Source: an uncultured Candidatus Saccharibacteria bacterium (GTDB lineage Bacteria; Patescibacteriota; Minisyncoccia; Phycocordibacterales; Phycocordibacteraceae). From it: a DNA stretch of 55,589 bases. A program made the position numbers and the translations under genes. The stretch is taken from contig CAZYDN010000001.1 of NCBI GenBank assembly GCA_964646315.1, forward strand, positions 4,650 to 60,238. The letters are read 5' to 3'. Each line of letters begins with the position of its first letter. The first letter of the stretch is position 1. Positions 55,497 to 55,589 of this stretch are shown here, piece after piece. The notes under the pieces were generated by a model. That model saw only the letters and a list, made by a program, of their open reading frames with translations. It ran no database searches and had not been told where the DNA came from.

Positions 55497-55523
55497 GCTG
55501 GTAGTCTGGAACTATATTGGAAC
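55497..55523 (+). repeat. array motif copy 11 (diverged)
   Basis: GCTGGTAGTCTGGAACTATATTGGAAC. Confidence 0.8.
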
Positions 55524-55570
55524 CTTTTGTAGGTCATGATACGGTGGCCTCAGATAAGAAAGGATATCTC

Positions 55571-55589
55571 ATGTCCAATGAATCACGCC
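55571..55589 (+). CDS. start of a further cassette gene, truncated by the window edge
   Basis: ATG is preceded by AAAGGA and lies 47 nt after motif copy 11. Confidence 0.3.

Noticed and set aside
45651-55523. The motif array as a CRISPR array
   Set aside because: The intervals are 260-730 bp rather than about 30-40 bp. They contain genes with RBSs, promoters and terminators. The repeat has no palindromic hairpin, and no cas genes are present in the window.
45651-55523. The motif copies as integron attC sites (a CALIN)
   Set aside because: GTTGGAA loosely resembles the GTTRRRY core. However, I found no complementary RYYYAAC (R'') partner or L'/L'' inverted repeat within 150 nt upstream of any copy. 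Cassettes carry their own promoters, and no intI is in the window. An integron-like logic with a different kind of site remains possible.

Overview
This is 55.6 kb of a compact bacterial chromosome with most genes on the minus strand. The gene content suggests a Patescibacteria/CPR-like organism, which is an inference only: class I LysRS, a type IV pilin-like protein, DUF5663/DUF5667-like proteins, a VirD4/TraD-like ATPase next to a giant membrane protein, a short UvrC and many tiny membrane proteins. The core genes I can support are mltG, tspO, ddl, uvrC, uvrA, a histidine kinase/receiver pair, uvrB, tgt, an FKBP PPIase, lysS (class I), an ECF sigma with a co-transcribed membrane protein, a pseudouridine synthase, lexA-dinB with a palindromic SOS box in the lexA promoter, an ABC-F ATPase, a HI0933-type flavoprotein, TrhO, a 2H phosphoesterase, a pentapeptide-repeat protein and an SPFH protein. 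There are three accessory regions. (1) A 1381-aa MBG-repeat surface protein lies between an intact gene and a duplicated remnant of that gene's 3' end. (2) A roughly 4 kb gene-poor island abuts tRNA-Ala(UGC). It carries several forward and inverted copies of the tRNA 3' end, two tandem tRNA-like structured units, and internal duplications. (3) The most interesting region runs from 45.65 kb to the right edge. It holds at least 12 same-orientation copies of a ~28-bp motif, consensus TTGCTGGCAGTCTGGGACGATGTTGGAAC. These copies divide the DNA into small, self-contained one-gene cassettes, each with its own RBS, often its own promoter and terminator, and either gene orientation. Half-motif copies sit where the array meets blocks of ordinary genes. 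I cannot assign the motif to CRISPR, integron attC, sigma-54 or LexA boxes. I propose either a cassette-boundary/recombination site or a dedicated activator-dependent promoter. A promoter- and terminator-bounded ~400-nt non-coding region with UNCG tetraloops between uvrC and ddl is a candidate structured RNA.
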